Shown here in pieces: positions 40,601-50,017 of a DNA stretch of 64,000 bases. The notes below the pieces were generated by a model. That model made no database searches, was not told the origin of the DNA, and worked only from the letters and a program-made list of their open reading frames with translations. Made by a program: the position numbers and the translations under genes. Positions within the stretch are counted from its first letter, which is position 1, and every line of letters starts with the position of its first letter. The stretch is from a bacterium (GTDB lineage: Bacteria > SAR324 > JACQKK01). The stretch covers positions 1,440,001 to 1,504,000 of the forward strand of contig OZ251219.1 in NCBI GenBank assembly GCA_965240465.1. Reading direction: 5' to 3'.

Positions 40601-42248
40601 CTATAGAGGTAAGATTTTCCAGAATTTTGTCGTACAGCCTATCAAATAGCATCAGGTTATGGATAAATTCAGGCAGACATTCTTGTATCTCTTTGATGTA
40701 AAGTGAACTCATCACACTTGCTTCAGTAGCTGGCACAGGTGGTTTACAGGGGGTTTCTTTCAGTATTTCCAGTAAATGAGAAAAATTGTCAGCAGCATCC
40801 ATCTTCCATACATTAAAAAGATGCAAACTAAGCAACATGCTGAAACGTTTTATGTTGCGTTCATAGCGTTGCTGAGGGCTACCCATCAATAAACTGGAAA
40901 TAACATTCGGGGCATCTTTTCTAGTTTTGAAAGACTCCACAAAACGACGGTAGCTTTCCATGAGATCATTCTCATAACGGAGTTCTAAAGGGTTCTGTAG
41001 CCAATTTTCAAAGCGTTGTTTCCTTACTTTATCTAAACGATCTCGTAGCTCGCCCGCGGGTGTTTTTATCTGGGTAGTAACGCGAGAATAGCGTCGCAGA
41101 GAAGTGGTTCTTAGTCTCACTCGCAAGCGAAGATGTCTATGGAAACGAAAGACTGCTCCAAATACATTCAATCTTCCTGAAGGAGTTTTTTTATTACCTA
41201 TGCTGTCATTGAGGTTGTCCTCAACCAGAAGCCTGCTAGGGCTGAGATAATTTAAGATATTGTGCTTGTAATGCTCAAAGAAATAATGGTTTTCATCTTG
41301 AGAAAGAAATTGGTGAGCTTGGGTTTCCACAAAGTCCAGAGCTGCTAAAATGGCATCCTGCAGAGCATTCAAAGGCTGATTATCTGATGGAGAATAATCT
41401 ATAACACCATCTAGGTATCCGAATTTGTAAAGTTCATAAGCAGAAACTCCTGCATACTTGGCACATTCCTGCCAAGATAAATTGTGATTATAGGCAATCT
41501 CACTTAAGCCAGTGGGATGAATGGTATTAAATACACCGTCTCTGACGGAAAGTAGAAGATTAGTTGCTGCCAAAGGTATAGCACCTCCGCTGTATCCATT
41601 TCCTAGTATAATCCCAACAGTAGGTTGAGGTAGATTGATCATTCTTTCAATCAAGGCAGAAATTGCGTGAGCTTGGTTATCTAGATTAGCTTCTTCATTT
41701 GCTTCTGCACCGGGGGTATCTACCATGGCAACTACTGGGATAGAGTGTGCCGAATAAAATTGCATCCATTCATTTGCAAATCGGTGGTGGCAAGGCTTCC
41801 AAACGCCTTTGTTGCGATTACGGTTTTGTGCCAAAAACACCACTCGACGGCGACGATGCGGAGGCTGAAACTCTGCTTCAGCTAGGTAAAGGGGACCCTC
41901 GTTGAGTTCTCGGATGATTTTACAATCCATTTGTGCAATGACCTCTGGGGCACTAGTGCGTTTGGTATTTTCAGATGGGCTGATGGTATGGTGGATATAA
42001 TCATCCACACTCATGTTTTGGAGGGTACGAATTTGTTGATCTATTTCCTGTGCAGATAACAATCCTGATAATTGTGGTTTGCTAAGCCAAATCGGAGGAA
42101 CCTGACGGGTTAAAGTATACTCGGAAGCGATCCGCTCGCTTTCAATAAAAACTTTCTTAGCCTCTAATGAGGACTGCTCAGCACTACACGCTTTTTTTGA
42201 GCGTGAAGACTTGTTTTGTTTCTGAGAATTTCCGTTAGCACGGGGCAT
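37632..42248 (-). CDS. Single-chain biotin-dependent acyl-CoA carboxylase (CT-alpha, linker, CT-beta, BC, BCCP)
   Basis: AccA-like VDTPGA and GNGYSGGA. AccD-like ISSGGMQVKEG, TGGVQASF, FAGQRVV. BC motifs HPGIGFLSEN, GGGGKG, RDCSVQR, EMNTRLQVEHP. BCCP motif EAMKV. Confidence 0.9.
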   Translation of the reverse strand: MPRANGNSQKQNKSSRSKKACSAEQSSLEAKKVFIESERIASEYTLTRQVPPIWLSKPQLSGLLSAQEIDQQIRTLQNMSVDDYIHHTISPSENTKRTSAPEVIAQMDCKIIRELNEGPLYLAEAEFQPPHRRRRVVFLAQNRNRNKGVWKPCHHRFANEWMQFYSAHSIPVVAMVDTPGAEANEEANLDNQAHAISALIERMINLPQPTVGIILGNGYSGGAIPLAATNLLLSVRDGVFNTIHPTGLSEIAYNHNLSWQECAKYAGVSAYELYKFGYLDGVIDYSPSDNQPLNALQDAILAALDFVETQAHQFLSQDENHYFFEHYKHNILNYLSPSRLLVEDNLNDSIGNKKTPSGRLNVFGAVFRFHRHLRLRVRLRTTSLRRYSRVTTQIKTPAGELRDRLDKVRKQRFENWLQNPLELRYENDLMESYRRFVESFKTRKDAPNVISSLLMGSPQQRYERNIKRFSMLLSLHLFNVWKMDAADNFSHLLEILKETPCKPPVPATEASVMSSLYIKEIQECLPEFIHNLMLFDRLYDKILENLTSIASELKDTNHITQETLASLLDKTFGQVQGSIKGPAIKDNDCREKFFQFLSQLTQMRQAEPFIRQISGWKRTVYPRVSEPLFAIVSYMFTHLLPEFYRSQRENSVFNGRINPRNIGIKDFWHRLNKTYRDMLIQNLLSEYKKEHRLHPQEVIDTLFTNFEELHKNLITADPHQFPGYRQSIEKSLKADIPPVGIVTGIANFDYQGFKTLVGVVVSNTLFQAGAFDMASCEKICRLMLDCAERKLPLVMLISSGGMQVKEGAGSLFSMAILNNRISRFVKDFDLPILCFGFRDCTGGVQASFVTHPLVKTFYLSGAVIPFAGQRVVPSYLTAESTLANYLSRNPISMNNLVINPFDPDLDKRLRNIDSNIPIPTESISQAIKRVLEGEYKPRQPDLSQETAPLPKDYIKFSPVRNLLIHARGTTAVRLIEGAHAAKINVLLVQSDADMESLPARMLKKSDCLVCLGGNTPQESYLNGMSVIRIAEQEKADAIHPGIGFLSENPDFAWLCRKHGLNFIGPGAKSMELMGNKSNAIATANHLKIPVAPGSMGVIDSSEKAQIIAKEIGYPVLMKAAFGGGGKGICLVENSEELKDAFLRTSQQALSAFGNGDIYMEHFVSSIRHVEVQVLRDGKGNTCILGIRDCSVQRQKQKLIEESGSPLLKPELIKRLITDSERIADEVNYIGAGTVEFIHDLKRDTAYFMEMNTRLQVEHPVTEMVSEVDIVVEQIRIAAGKSIANLKPKNNGYAMEVRINAEQLILTNDNKLHFKPSPGKITFLRLPEDPNLRILSAAEENDTIPPYYDSLIIQIIAHGPDRKTVIDTLLKGLQNTHIEGIYTNISLMEAILADKTFRKGIYDTNYLEKFFEKADIKAIINDAEQRHSTNIGNIDIKSISISNSEELKVLSPRTGIFYGSPSPEEPPFVKLHTLIDTSQPLGLIEAMKVFEPLTLNDFNQSGQDIFPQHQKFELRKIMVESGQTINQGDLLFIVKPVTS

Positions 42249-42469
42249 TGTAAAACGACATCAATGGGCAGTAAGTATTATTATTTTGGCATTAGTGAAC
42301 CAGAAGGGTAAATCTTTTTCTGTAATGGTGCAAGAAGCATCCCCAAATTGGTTATATGGTGTAGTGCTGTTGCCCCTTGCTATTTTTCCACGGATTATTG
42401 TATAGTTCACAAGCGGAATTGCTCAAAATACGTACGGGGTGGCATAAATTACACATAGAGAAATATTAG

Positions 42470-43345
42470 ATGATGTTTGGCTTACTCCCGTCTTTTGAGC
42501 GTTTAGGATATAATGTTTGGGGGTTGCGTACTGCAAGCGGTATCCCAGCGATATTACTACTATTGGGATTTTTGTATTATGCCTCGGTGCAAGTGTTGGG
42601 TATAATGGCTGGAATTGTATGTTCGTGGGCTGGTTGGGAGTTTGGTAGGATGGTGCGTAGCAAAGGAGGTGTTCCGCTACGAGCGGAGTTGATGCTCTGT
42701 TGGGGAGGCTTGTTTGCTATAGGGGCTTGGTTAGGAGGCACAGGTGGCTTGAATGCTATGCTACTACTGGGGATGTTGCAGTTGGTACTGTTAAGCATTT
42801 ATGTTCCAGCATCAACTAATGTAGAAATTGCTAGGGTAAATTCTGTGGTATGGGGTTTTTCAGGACTGGCATTTGTGATTTGGCCTTTAGCACATTTGTT
42901 ATTGCTATTGGGTTTTTATGGTAAGGGTCCTTTGTTACTGTTGTTATTGGTGGTATCAGGAAATGATACTGTCGCATTCTTCGTAGGCAAACAGTGGGGA
43001 AAACGGCCTTTGATACCCACTGTCAGTCCAGGAAAGACTTGGGAGGGTGCGATAGGGGGCTTGCTGGGAGGGGTAATGGCTGCGACTTTAACCTTTCTCA
43101 TATTTCAATACTGGCCTGTATTTAGATTTCAACTTTCCAGTTGGTGGTCGGTACTTTGGTTTGGCAGCTTGCTAAGCATAACTGCACAAGCGGGAGATTT
43201 GATAATCTCGTACATTAAACGTCAATGTGGCATGAAAGACTCTGGTCGCTTCCTACCGGGTCATGGAGGATTGTTAGATCGTATAGATGGATGGTTGTTG
43301 TCTGTGCCATTGGTTTATTATGCTTTGTGGGCAGAGCTGATCTAA
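42470..43345 (+). CDS. cdsA: Phosphatidate cytidylyltransferase
   Basis: SPGKTWEG, GDLIISYIKR, KDSGRFLPGHGGLLDRID. Confidence 0.94.
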   Translation: MMFGLLPSFERLGYNVWGLRTASGIPAILLLLGFLYYASVQVLGIMAGIVCSWAGWEFGRMVRSKGGVPLRAELMLCWGGLFAIGAWLGGTGGLNAMLLLGMLQLVLLSIYVPASTNVEIARVNSVVWGFSGLAFVIWPLAHLLLLLGFYGKGPLLLLLLVVSGNDTVAFFVGKQWGKRPLIPTVSPGKTWEGAIGGLLGGVMAATLTFLIFQYWPVFRFQLSSWWSVLWFGSLLSITAQAGDLIISYIKRQCGMKDSGRFLPGHGGLLDRIDGWLLSVPLVYYALWAELI

Positions 43346-43372
43346 GGTTAATATCCATGGAGGCCAAACGGT

Positions 43373-44578
43373 TTGAGGTCAAAAATTCAAAATTTGGTGG
43401 TACTGGGGTCTACTGGTTCGATAGGTAGGGCAACCCTGGATGTTGTACGGCAGATGAGAGACAGTCTGCAAGTATTTGGATTGGCTGCTAATAGTAACCA
43501 TCAAATGTTGGCTGAACAAATTCGCGAATTTCAGCCTGAATTTGCCGTCCTTTCTCAGGGGGGACACGCCATGGAGGCTCTTGTTAAAGCACTGCCTGAC
43601 ACCTCCACTAAGTTGCTTACAGAGGAAGAATCTCTATGCGAATTAGCTTCTCACCCCAAAACTCATCATGTGATGGCTGCTATGGTGGGGGCGATAGGAC
43701 TAAAACCAGTATATGCTGCAGTACAAGCCGGCAAACGAATTTCCCTTGCCAATAAAGAAGTCATGGTCATGGCCGGAGAACTTATTGTTAAACAAGCACA
43801 ACGCAATAATGCTATCTTGCTACCCGTTGATTCTGAACATAACGGTCTCTTCCAATGCCTACAGGCAGCCCAGCAAAATCAGGTGGAAGAACTGATACTG
43901 ACAGCTTCCGGTGGGGCATTGCGAGACACCCCATTGGAAATGCTTCCACACATTACCAAAGCTCAAGCACTTGACCATCCTAACTGGAACATGGGGCAAA
44001 AAATCACCATTGACTCAGCTACCATGATGAATAAAGGTCTTGAGATCATAGAAGCACGCTGGCTATTCAACATTCCCGTTAGTCGTATTAACACACTAAT
44101 TCACCGTGAAAGCATTGTACATGCTATGGTGCGTTTCGTTGATGGTTCCATCTTGGCACAACTAGGCCCCCCTGATATGCGATTGCCTATTGCACACTGT
44201 CTTGCCTGGCCTAAACGCTTGCCCTTGAATTTACCACGGCTGGAAATATCGCAACTGAAGCAGATCTCCTTTCAAAAGACAGACCCCCGACGCTACCCAT
44301 GTCTGGAACTAGTAAGAAAGGCAATCTCCATGGGAGGGGGTATACCAGCAGCCATCAATGGTGCCAATGAAACCATCGTTAATGCTTACTTGAATGATGC
44401 TTTCCCCTTTATAAAAATTCCTCTGCTATTAAAACAAAGCTTGACCGCATTGCAAAAATCCCAGCAACAACCCCATCCACCAGCTGCATTAATGAACATA
44501 CATAGCATAAAGGATGCTCTCATTGCTGATACCGTCGGGCGTCAAATGGCAAGGCAAGCGATAAAAAGCATTTGCTAA
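43373..44578 (+). CDS. dxr: 1-deoxy-D-xylulose-5-phosphate reductoisomerase
   Basis: LGSTGSIG, LANKE, PVDSEH, TASGG, HPNWNMGQKITIDSATMMNKGLE. Confidence 0.97.
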   Translation: MRSKIQNLVVLGSTGSIGRATLDVVRQMRDSLQVFGLAANSNHQMLAEQIREFQPEFAVLSQGGHAMEALVKALPDTSTKLLTEEESLCELASHPKTHHVMAAMVGAIGLKPVYAAVQAGKRISLANKEVMVMAGELIVKQAQRNNAILLPVDSEHNGLFQCLQAAQQNQVEELILTASGGALRDTPLEMLPHITKAQALDHPNWNMGQKITIDSATMMNKGLEIIEARWLFNIPVSRINTLIHRESIVHAMVRFVDGSILAQLGPPDMRLPIAHCLAWPKRLPLNLPRLEISQLKQISFQKTDPRRYPCLELVRKAISMGGGIPAAINGANETIVNAYLNDAFPFIKIPLLLKQSLTALQKSQQQPHPPAALMNIHSIKDALIADTVGRQMARQAIKSIC

Positions 44579-44674
44579 AGACCTTATTTTTGGATAAAAA
44601 AAATTATTACGCTTGGTTCATGTAGAATGATATAAGTAGAGGAAGGAAGTGAGAGAATACTCCAGAGATTATAA

Positions 44675-45991
44675 ATGTTAACCATCATAGTTTTTATTGC
44701 CGTCATTAGCATATTAGTGTTTGTCCATGAAATGGGACATTTCACAGTTGCCCGTTGGGTTGGCGTAAGGGTGAGGGAATTTTCAATTGGAATGCCTCCC
44801 AAAGCACTGGGCTTCAAGCGAGGCGATACTGAGTACAAAATAGGCTGGCTACCACTTGGAGGCTATGTGCGTCTGGAGGGGCAAAACATTGACGATGAAA
44901 ACCCTTCGGACCCGAATAATTTCGCTGCAAAATCTAAATTCCAACGCTTTCTGATATTGGTAGCTGGTTCTTTTATGAACCTGTTATTCGCGTTGTTATT
45001 GATGTGGGGCTTCTTTTTTCTGGGAAGCAATATCCCAGCCTATCAAATATCTACACCCCTGGTTTCTGCCGTTACTAAAGGAAGTATTGTAGCCAAATCT
45101 GGTATAAAGCAAGGCGACACAATTATCGGTATACAAGGAAACCCCGTTGCTGATTGGAGTGAATTATTCAAAGCTATAGAACTTAATGTCCCCAAAAACG
45201 AGACTATCCTTATAGGCTACCGCAGATTAAATTCGCTGAATGAAAACACTGTTAGCATTAAATCTAAGGACATCCTTAAAGAACAGGCTGATTTTCTAGG
45301 CCTCATCCCCCATCAACCGGCGATCGTAGGCGGATTTAGCACTGGTTCTGCTGCCAAAAAAGCTGGGCTAAAGGTAGGAGACACGGTGACAAGCATTAAT
45401 GGCAAAGTTATAGAAAGTTGGTATGAGCTATCACAGATAGTGCGAGCTAGTGATGGTCGATTATTGAACTTAGAAATTATTAGAGACGGCAGACAAATCA
45501 CCACTAAAGTGATACCAAGAATAGTCGATAACCGCCCGCTGATAGGCGTCACCCCGCCTACGGTCAAGAAAAAACAGCCGTTTTTCTCATCTTTCTACTC
45601 AGCCGTTAAGAGATTGGGAGATATCACTGTAAGCACCGTGGTGTTTTTGGGGAAACTTGTTACAGGCCGAGCCTCATTTGATGTTCTTGGAGGTCCTGTT
45701 ATGATCGGAGCCGCTCTGGGTTCAGCAGCCCAAAAAGGCTTTTCTGACTTATTATTTCTTACTTCTTTTATCAGCCTACAGTTAGGGATATTTAACCTAC
45801 TACCTATTCCTGTTTTGGATGGCGGACATATCTTCATACTGGGATTGGAAGGGGTGTCCAGAAAGTCTATCAGTCCTAAATTGCGTGAGCGCATTCAAAT
45901 ACTGGGAATGGTTTTCTTAATTGGCCTCATCCTACTGGTGACTTTTAATGATGTCTGGAGGCTAATCACCGACCGATCTTTCGGTTTTTAG
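44675..45991 (+). CDS. rseP: RIP metalloprotease with two PDZ domains
   Basis: HEMGH, PLGGYV, NLLPIPVLDGG. Confidence 0.95.
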   Translation: MLTIIVFIAVISILVFVHEMGHFTVARWVGVRVREFSIGMPPKALGFKRGDTEYKIGWLPLGGYVRLEGQNIDDENPSDPNNFAAKSKFQRFLILVAGSFMNLLFALLLMWGFFFLGSNIPAYQISTPLVSAVTKGSIVAKSGIKQGDTIIGIQGNPVADWSELFKAIELNVPKNETILIGYRRLNSLNENTVSIKSKDILKEQADFLGLIPHQPAIVGGFSTGSAAKKAGLKVGDTVTSINGKVIESWYELSQIVRASDGRLLNLEIIRDGRQITTKVIPRIVDNRPLIGVTPPTVKKKQPFFSSFYSAVKRLGDITVSTVVFLGKLVTGRASFDVLGGPVMIGAALGSAAQKGFSDLLFLTSFISLQLGIFNLLPIPVLDGGHIFILGLEGVSRKSISPKLRERIQILGMVFLIGLILLVTFNDVWRLITDRSFGF

Positions 45992-46011
45992 GCAGAAAAT
46001 CGGGTGGTTCT

Positions 46012-46755
46012 ATGCCTGCTAAACAACGCTTAGACAGGCTGTTAGTAGAGCGCGGCTTAATTGATTCTCGTGAGAAAGCACAAGCTCTGATTATGGCGGG
46101 TAGGGTTTGCGTGGAGGGTGTTTCTCGTCTTAAAGCAGGGGAGTTGGTATTGGCGAGAGCTAATATAAAAGTGAAGTTTCCTCCTCACCCATTTGTGAGC
46201 CGTGGCGGGCAAAAATTAGCGACGGCACTCAGTCATTTTAATCTTGATCCTAAAGGGATAACAGCACTGGACATTGGTGCCTCTACAGGCGGATTTACCC
46301 ACTGTTTGCTCCTGAATGGTGCTACTAAGGTGATAGCGCTGGATGTCGGGTATGGACAGTTGGCTTGGGAACTACGTAAACATCCAAGTGTGGAGGTCAT
46401 GGAGAACGTCAACATTCGGCATTTGCCCGCAGGAAGTCTACCATTGATGGACTGGCTAGTTGTGGATGTCTCGTTTATATCTTTGAAAATCGTGTTGCGG
46501 AGTGCCGCATGCTTTCTTAAGAGTGGCGGGACTGTAATAGCCTTGGTTAAACCTCAGTTTGAGGCAGGCATACGGAATGTAAAAAAAGGCGGTAAAGTTG
46601 ATTCCAATGAGATACATGAAGAAGTCTTAAAGGAAATACTGCATTGTGGAAAAAATCTCGGCTGGCAATCACTAGGAATCACACCATCGCCTATAACAGG
46701 TAAGAAATCTGGCAACAAGGAATTTCTGGCCGCTTGGCACAGTCCCAAAAACTAG
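46012..46755 (+). CDS. tlyA: TlyA family RNA methyltransferase
   Basis: S4 domain RLDRLL, FVSRGGQKL, DIGASTGGFT, DVSFISL, KPQFE. Confidence 0.95.
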   Translation: MPAKQRLDRLLVERGLIDSREKAQALIMAGRVCVEGVSRLKAGELVLARANIKVKFPPHPFVSRGGQKLATALSHFNLDPKGITALDIGASTGGFTHCLLLNGATKVIALDVGYGQLAWELRKHPSVEVMENVNIRHLPAGSLPLMDWLVVDVSFISLKIVLRSAACFLKSGGTVIALVKPQFEAGIRNVKKGGKVDSNEIHEEVLKEILHCGKNLGWQSLGITPSPITGKKSGNKEFLAAWHSPKN

Positions 46756-46784
46756 CTCTGGCAGCTGAGATGGTTTGATATATC

Positions 46785-47573
46785 TCAATATTTTTTTGGA
46801 TCTGTTTTTATGTTCATGTATATTTGCCGTTTTGCTTGGGTAAATTTTTCTATAGAGTAACGTAGCATCGTACGGGGCATATTATGAGCGTGTTTATTGA
46901 GGAATTCTTCCAAGGTAAGTTGGTTTATTTTGCCTGCTTCACGCAACATCCAGCCCACTGCCTTGTGGATTAGGTCGTGGGGATCATGTAGAAGGCATTC
47001 TGCTATGCCAAAGGTATCCTGCAAATCTTCTTGGCGAATGAAATACATCGTCGCTACAATGGCGATGCGGCGACGCCAAAGATTATCTGATTGTGTCCAC
47101 TGGTACAGGAGCTTCCGAGAAGTAGAATACAAATGAGATCCAACAATAGTAGGAGCACTAATATCAACCAAATCCCAGTTATTAACTCGCTCCATCTTTT
47201 CTAAGTATAGATTATGTATAAGTTGGCGTTGCTGCGGGTTACATTTTCGGTATCTCATAACCATGATTATCAAGGCCAGCATGCGTTCTTCGTGAAATTT
47301 TGAATCTAATAATTCAACCAATACAGCTGAGGATGCTTGTTCAAATTTGCACGCACAACGGCGTATGTCGGGCACGACAATGCCCATAAAATGGTCGCCT
47401 TCTCCATATTGACCAGGCCCGGTTTTGAAAAAACGAGGGTAAAATACAGCCTTTTCAGCACAGATAAAATGCTTCATTTGCACGCGGATAGCCATTATAT
47501 CGGCTGTTGTAGCACCCTCTGTAGAAATAGCTTTTGTCACCGGTTTACTCAGCAAGATAGATTGAGAGTTCAT
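46785..47573 (-). CDS. AlkD-like DNA alkylation repair protein
   Basis: FFKTGPGQYGEGDHFMG, NNWDLVD, WRRR, KAVGWMLRE, MPRTMLRY. Confidence 0.88.
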   Translation of the reverse strand: MNSQSILLSKPVTKAISTEGATTADIMAIRVQMKHFICAEKAVFYPRFFKTGPGQYGEGDHFMGIVVPDIRRCACKFEQASSAVLVELLDSKFHEERMLALIIMVMRYRKCNPQQRQLIHNLYLEKMERVNNWDLVDISAPTIVGSHLYSTSRKLLYQWTQSDNLWRRRIAIVATMYFIRQEDLQDTFGIAECLLHDPHDLIHKAVGWMLREAGKINQLTLEEFLNKHAHNMPRTMLRYSIEKFTQAKRQIYMNIKTDPKKY

Positions 47574-47584
47574 ATCAAAGTAAG

Positions 47585-47656
47585 CTCCCCGAGCAAGATT
47601 CGAACTTGCGACCTAGTGGTTAACAGCCACCCGCTCTACCGCTGAGCTATCGGGGA
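47585..47656 (-). tRNA. tRNA-Asn(GTT), CCA not encoded
   Basis: TCCCCGATAGCTCAGCGGTAGAGCGGGTGGCTGTTAACCACTAGGTCGCAAGTTCGAATCTTGCTCGGGGAG folds as a cloverleaf. Confidence 0.97.
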
Positions 47657-47816
47657 ATGTGTTACATAAGATAATGCAACAGGCACTTAAGCATATCGCA
47701 AAACAAATTGATAAAGTCAAATTGTCATCAAACTTAGTACACAATCAAACCACAATAGCAAGGTGATACTTGTTTAGGCATCTTGATGAAAGCACCAGCT
47801 AACATTATGTTGCTAT

Positions 47817-48716
47817 TTAAGGATTATTGCCACTGCTATTATCTTTCCAATGAGCACGCACTGTAAGTACACCCCGGGGTGAATTGACATCCAACGGCTC
47901 GTTGTCCAGACGCAGGTAGCGTGTACTGAGTACGTGAACAGCATCAACATCTCCTTGCTCTATCAGGGATACTAATTCTTGTCCCGTGCTGGATAGAACA
48001 TCTAGTAGCAACACTTTCTCATCTGATTGGACATTAAAAAATGGATGGGGCAAGGCGTTCATGTTCTCATTTTTAATAGCTTGAGTTAATTCTACTTCTT
48101 CCCAGCAATTATCATCACTTAAGACATGGAGGCATGCACGCATTTGATCTGGAGTATTGGCATCAGTAATCTTTGGCTGATTATTTTTCAATCTACGATA
48201 GTAAACAGATCCATTACGAAGGATAGTTTTCTCTGTGTCCAAGCTATTTGCCCATGGCGGATCTTGGGTAGTTGTAGCACTAATTATTTCCCCTTGGCTG
48301 TTTAGACGCAGAAAAATAAACATTGGGATTTCACCATAGCCTAAATCATACGGTGGCGATGATCGCAGATATTTGAATGATACTGCAGCCGGGTTATTAA
48401 TGCTAATTCCTGGAGCATATGTGAGGTGGATAGTAATATGTGCCTGAGTCCGGTTTATTCCATAGCCTCCAAATGATAAATCAGCAAAAGAATTAAATTT
48501 GACTCTTGGCAAAAAATAGTAAGTATTAAATAAAAAAAACCTATTATTTGTATCACTAAAATGGTTAATTGAACTTCCTATATTTATACCTCTCGGTTTT
48601 ATTTTTGGGGCTCCATATTCACCCATAGCTACAGCAGAAAAATTATCGTAGAGTTGATTCATTTTTGATGCAGTTAGTACATCTCCAATGTTGAAATCAA
48701 GATTAGACCATACCAT
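47817..48716 (-). CDS. Putative tail fibre / receptor-binding protein (likely start 48716)
   Basis: Last gene of the tail module. N-terminus MVWSNLDFNIGDVLTASKMNQ resembles tail-fibre anchor segments. GGAG RBS. Confidence 0.55.
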   Translation of the reverse strand: MVWSNLDFNIGDVLTASKMNQLYDNFSAVAMGEYGAPKIKPRGINIGSSINHFSDTNNRFFLFNTYYFLPRVKFNSFADLSFGGYGINRTQAHITIHLTYAPGISINNPAAVSFKYLRSSPPYDLGYGEIPMFIFLRLNSQGEIISATTTQDPPWANSLDTEKTILRNGSVYYRRLKNNQPKITDANTPDQMRACLHVLSDDNCWEEVELTQAIKNENMNALPHPFFNVQSDEKVLLLDVLSSTGQELVSLIEQGDVDAVHVLSTRYLRLDNEPLDVNSPRGVLTVRAHWKDNSSGNNP

Positions 48717-48787
48717 ATAATTCTCCAAATTTATGATTAACAAAAAGCTAACGCTTATTAAATATATCAATTAGTATAAAAAATTAA

Positions 48788-49981
48788 TTACACTAATAAA
48801 AATCTTTGATCATCTAGTTGTCCACGTACAGGATGATCTAATTTTAATCCAAGTTGCTCTTGCATTGTATTGAGCAAGCTAATTTTAATGGAACATTTCT
48901 GCATATCAATTTCTTGAGACATAACCCGCCAAGGTATATCTAGATCTACCCCAAAATTTTCTCTTTGCTCCATAGTAATTATTTCTCCCGGTTTGCAAAG
49001 AATGGCAGCCAAAGTACTATCTACAGTTATTTTAGTAGAAGGTTCCTCAAGCGTATACAGAGTACTCCTAGCAGTATAGTTAGCATCGGTATGAGAGATA
49101 TGCCATATATTATTGCTCTTTAGTATCAATTTACGTTCACCAAAACGATTAATTGATTCATCATTTCGTGCTTCAGCTACAGTACTCCAAGTACGATTTT
49201 GAGTAGAATAATCTGCATGTACAAAAATACTATTTTTTACACTCTTAGGAGAAGTTTGTACCTGTATATTTGAAATGTACTTAGAAATAAGAGTGTGGTG
49301 AGTAGTAGGACGGGAAGTTATTTGAGAAAAACTAATCCTGCCATCTTCAATATAAATTGCAGAGCGTGCTATATCTGCTAATTGGCGTAAAGCATATCCC
49401 AATTTTGTATCCTTAAAATATGCTTTCATGCGAATATTATTCTCTCTCCAGATTGTTTCCCAATTGGAAAAAGAATTATAATTTATATCTGGATTATTGT
49501 TATTCTTTAAAGAAGAAAGTCCTCCATAGCTGGTAAGTAATAACCATGCTAATTCTGAGGGTAAGTATCTTGACCCGGTTAGATCAAGAGGTTGTTCATT
49601 TCCTAATAATACTTCTGTTACTTTGCTGATATTATCCTGTGCTTGCAGGAGAATATAGTTTTCCAAGATGGATGCTTGTTCCAAACGCCCTTGGAATAAA
49701 GTGATATATTGATATCCTGTGATTCTGTGTACCCATCCTAAGCGGATTTTACATACAGTAAGTAAAGCCTCATTGCTGGCTAATTTTTCTGCCAGAGCGT
49801 TTTTATAGGCAAGTTTAATGGATATAGTGACTGGACGCAGATTGTTCCATTCACGATTGACACGCGGCCATTGTTGTACTAGATGAGATATGTCTTCATT
49901 ATCAAGTATTAATTGCCTTTTTGGACGTGATAATGACGCCCTCATTTGTTGCCTAAACCATGAAGAAACCGAGTAAGACAT
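48788..49981 (-). CDS. Putative tail hub / baseplate protein
   Basis: Position after the distal tail gene. ESINRFGERK matches the SIxxYG hub motif. Confidence 0.55.
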   Translation of the reverse strand: MSYSVSSWFRQQMRASLSRPKRQLILDNEDISHLVQQWPRVNREWNNLRPVTISIKLAYKNALAEKLASNEALLTVCKIRLGWVHRITGYQYITLFQGRLEQASILENYILLQAQDNISKVTEVLLGNEQPLDLTGSRYLPSELAWLLLTSYGGLSSLKNNNNPDINYNSFSNWETIWRENNIRMKAYFKDTKLGYALRQLADIARSAIYIEDGRISFSQITSRPTTHHTLISKYISNIQVQTSPKSVKNSIFVHADYSTQNRTWSTVAEARNDESINRFGERKLILKSNNIWHISHTDANYTARSTLYTLEEPSTKITVDSTLAAILCKPGEIITMEQRENFGVDLDIPWRVMSQEIDMQKCSIKISLLNTMQEQLGLKLDHPVRGQLDDQRFLLV

Positions 49982-50017
49982 AAGCTATTCCGTACATAAA
50001 ATATTTTGGGACTGAAA

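Noticed and set aside
47585-47656. tRNA-Asn as attB for the phage-like cluster
   Set aside because: The cluster lies on the 5' side of the tRNA, no duplicated tRNA fragment was seen at 60078-60405, and there is no adjacent integrase.
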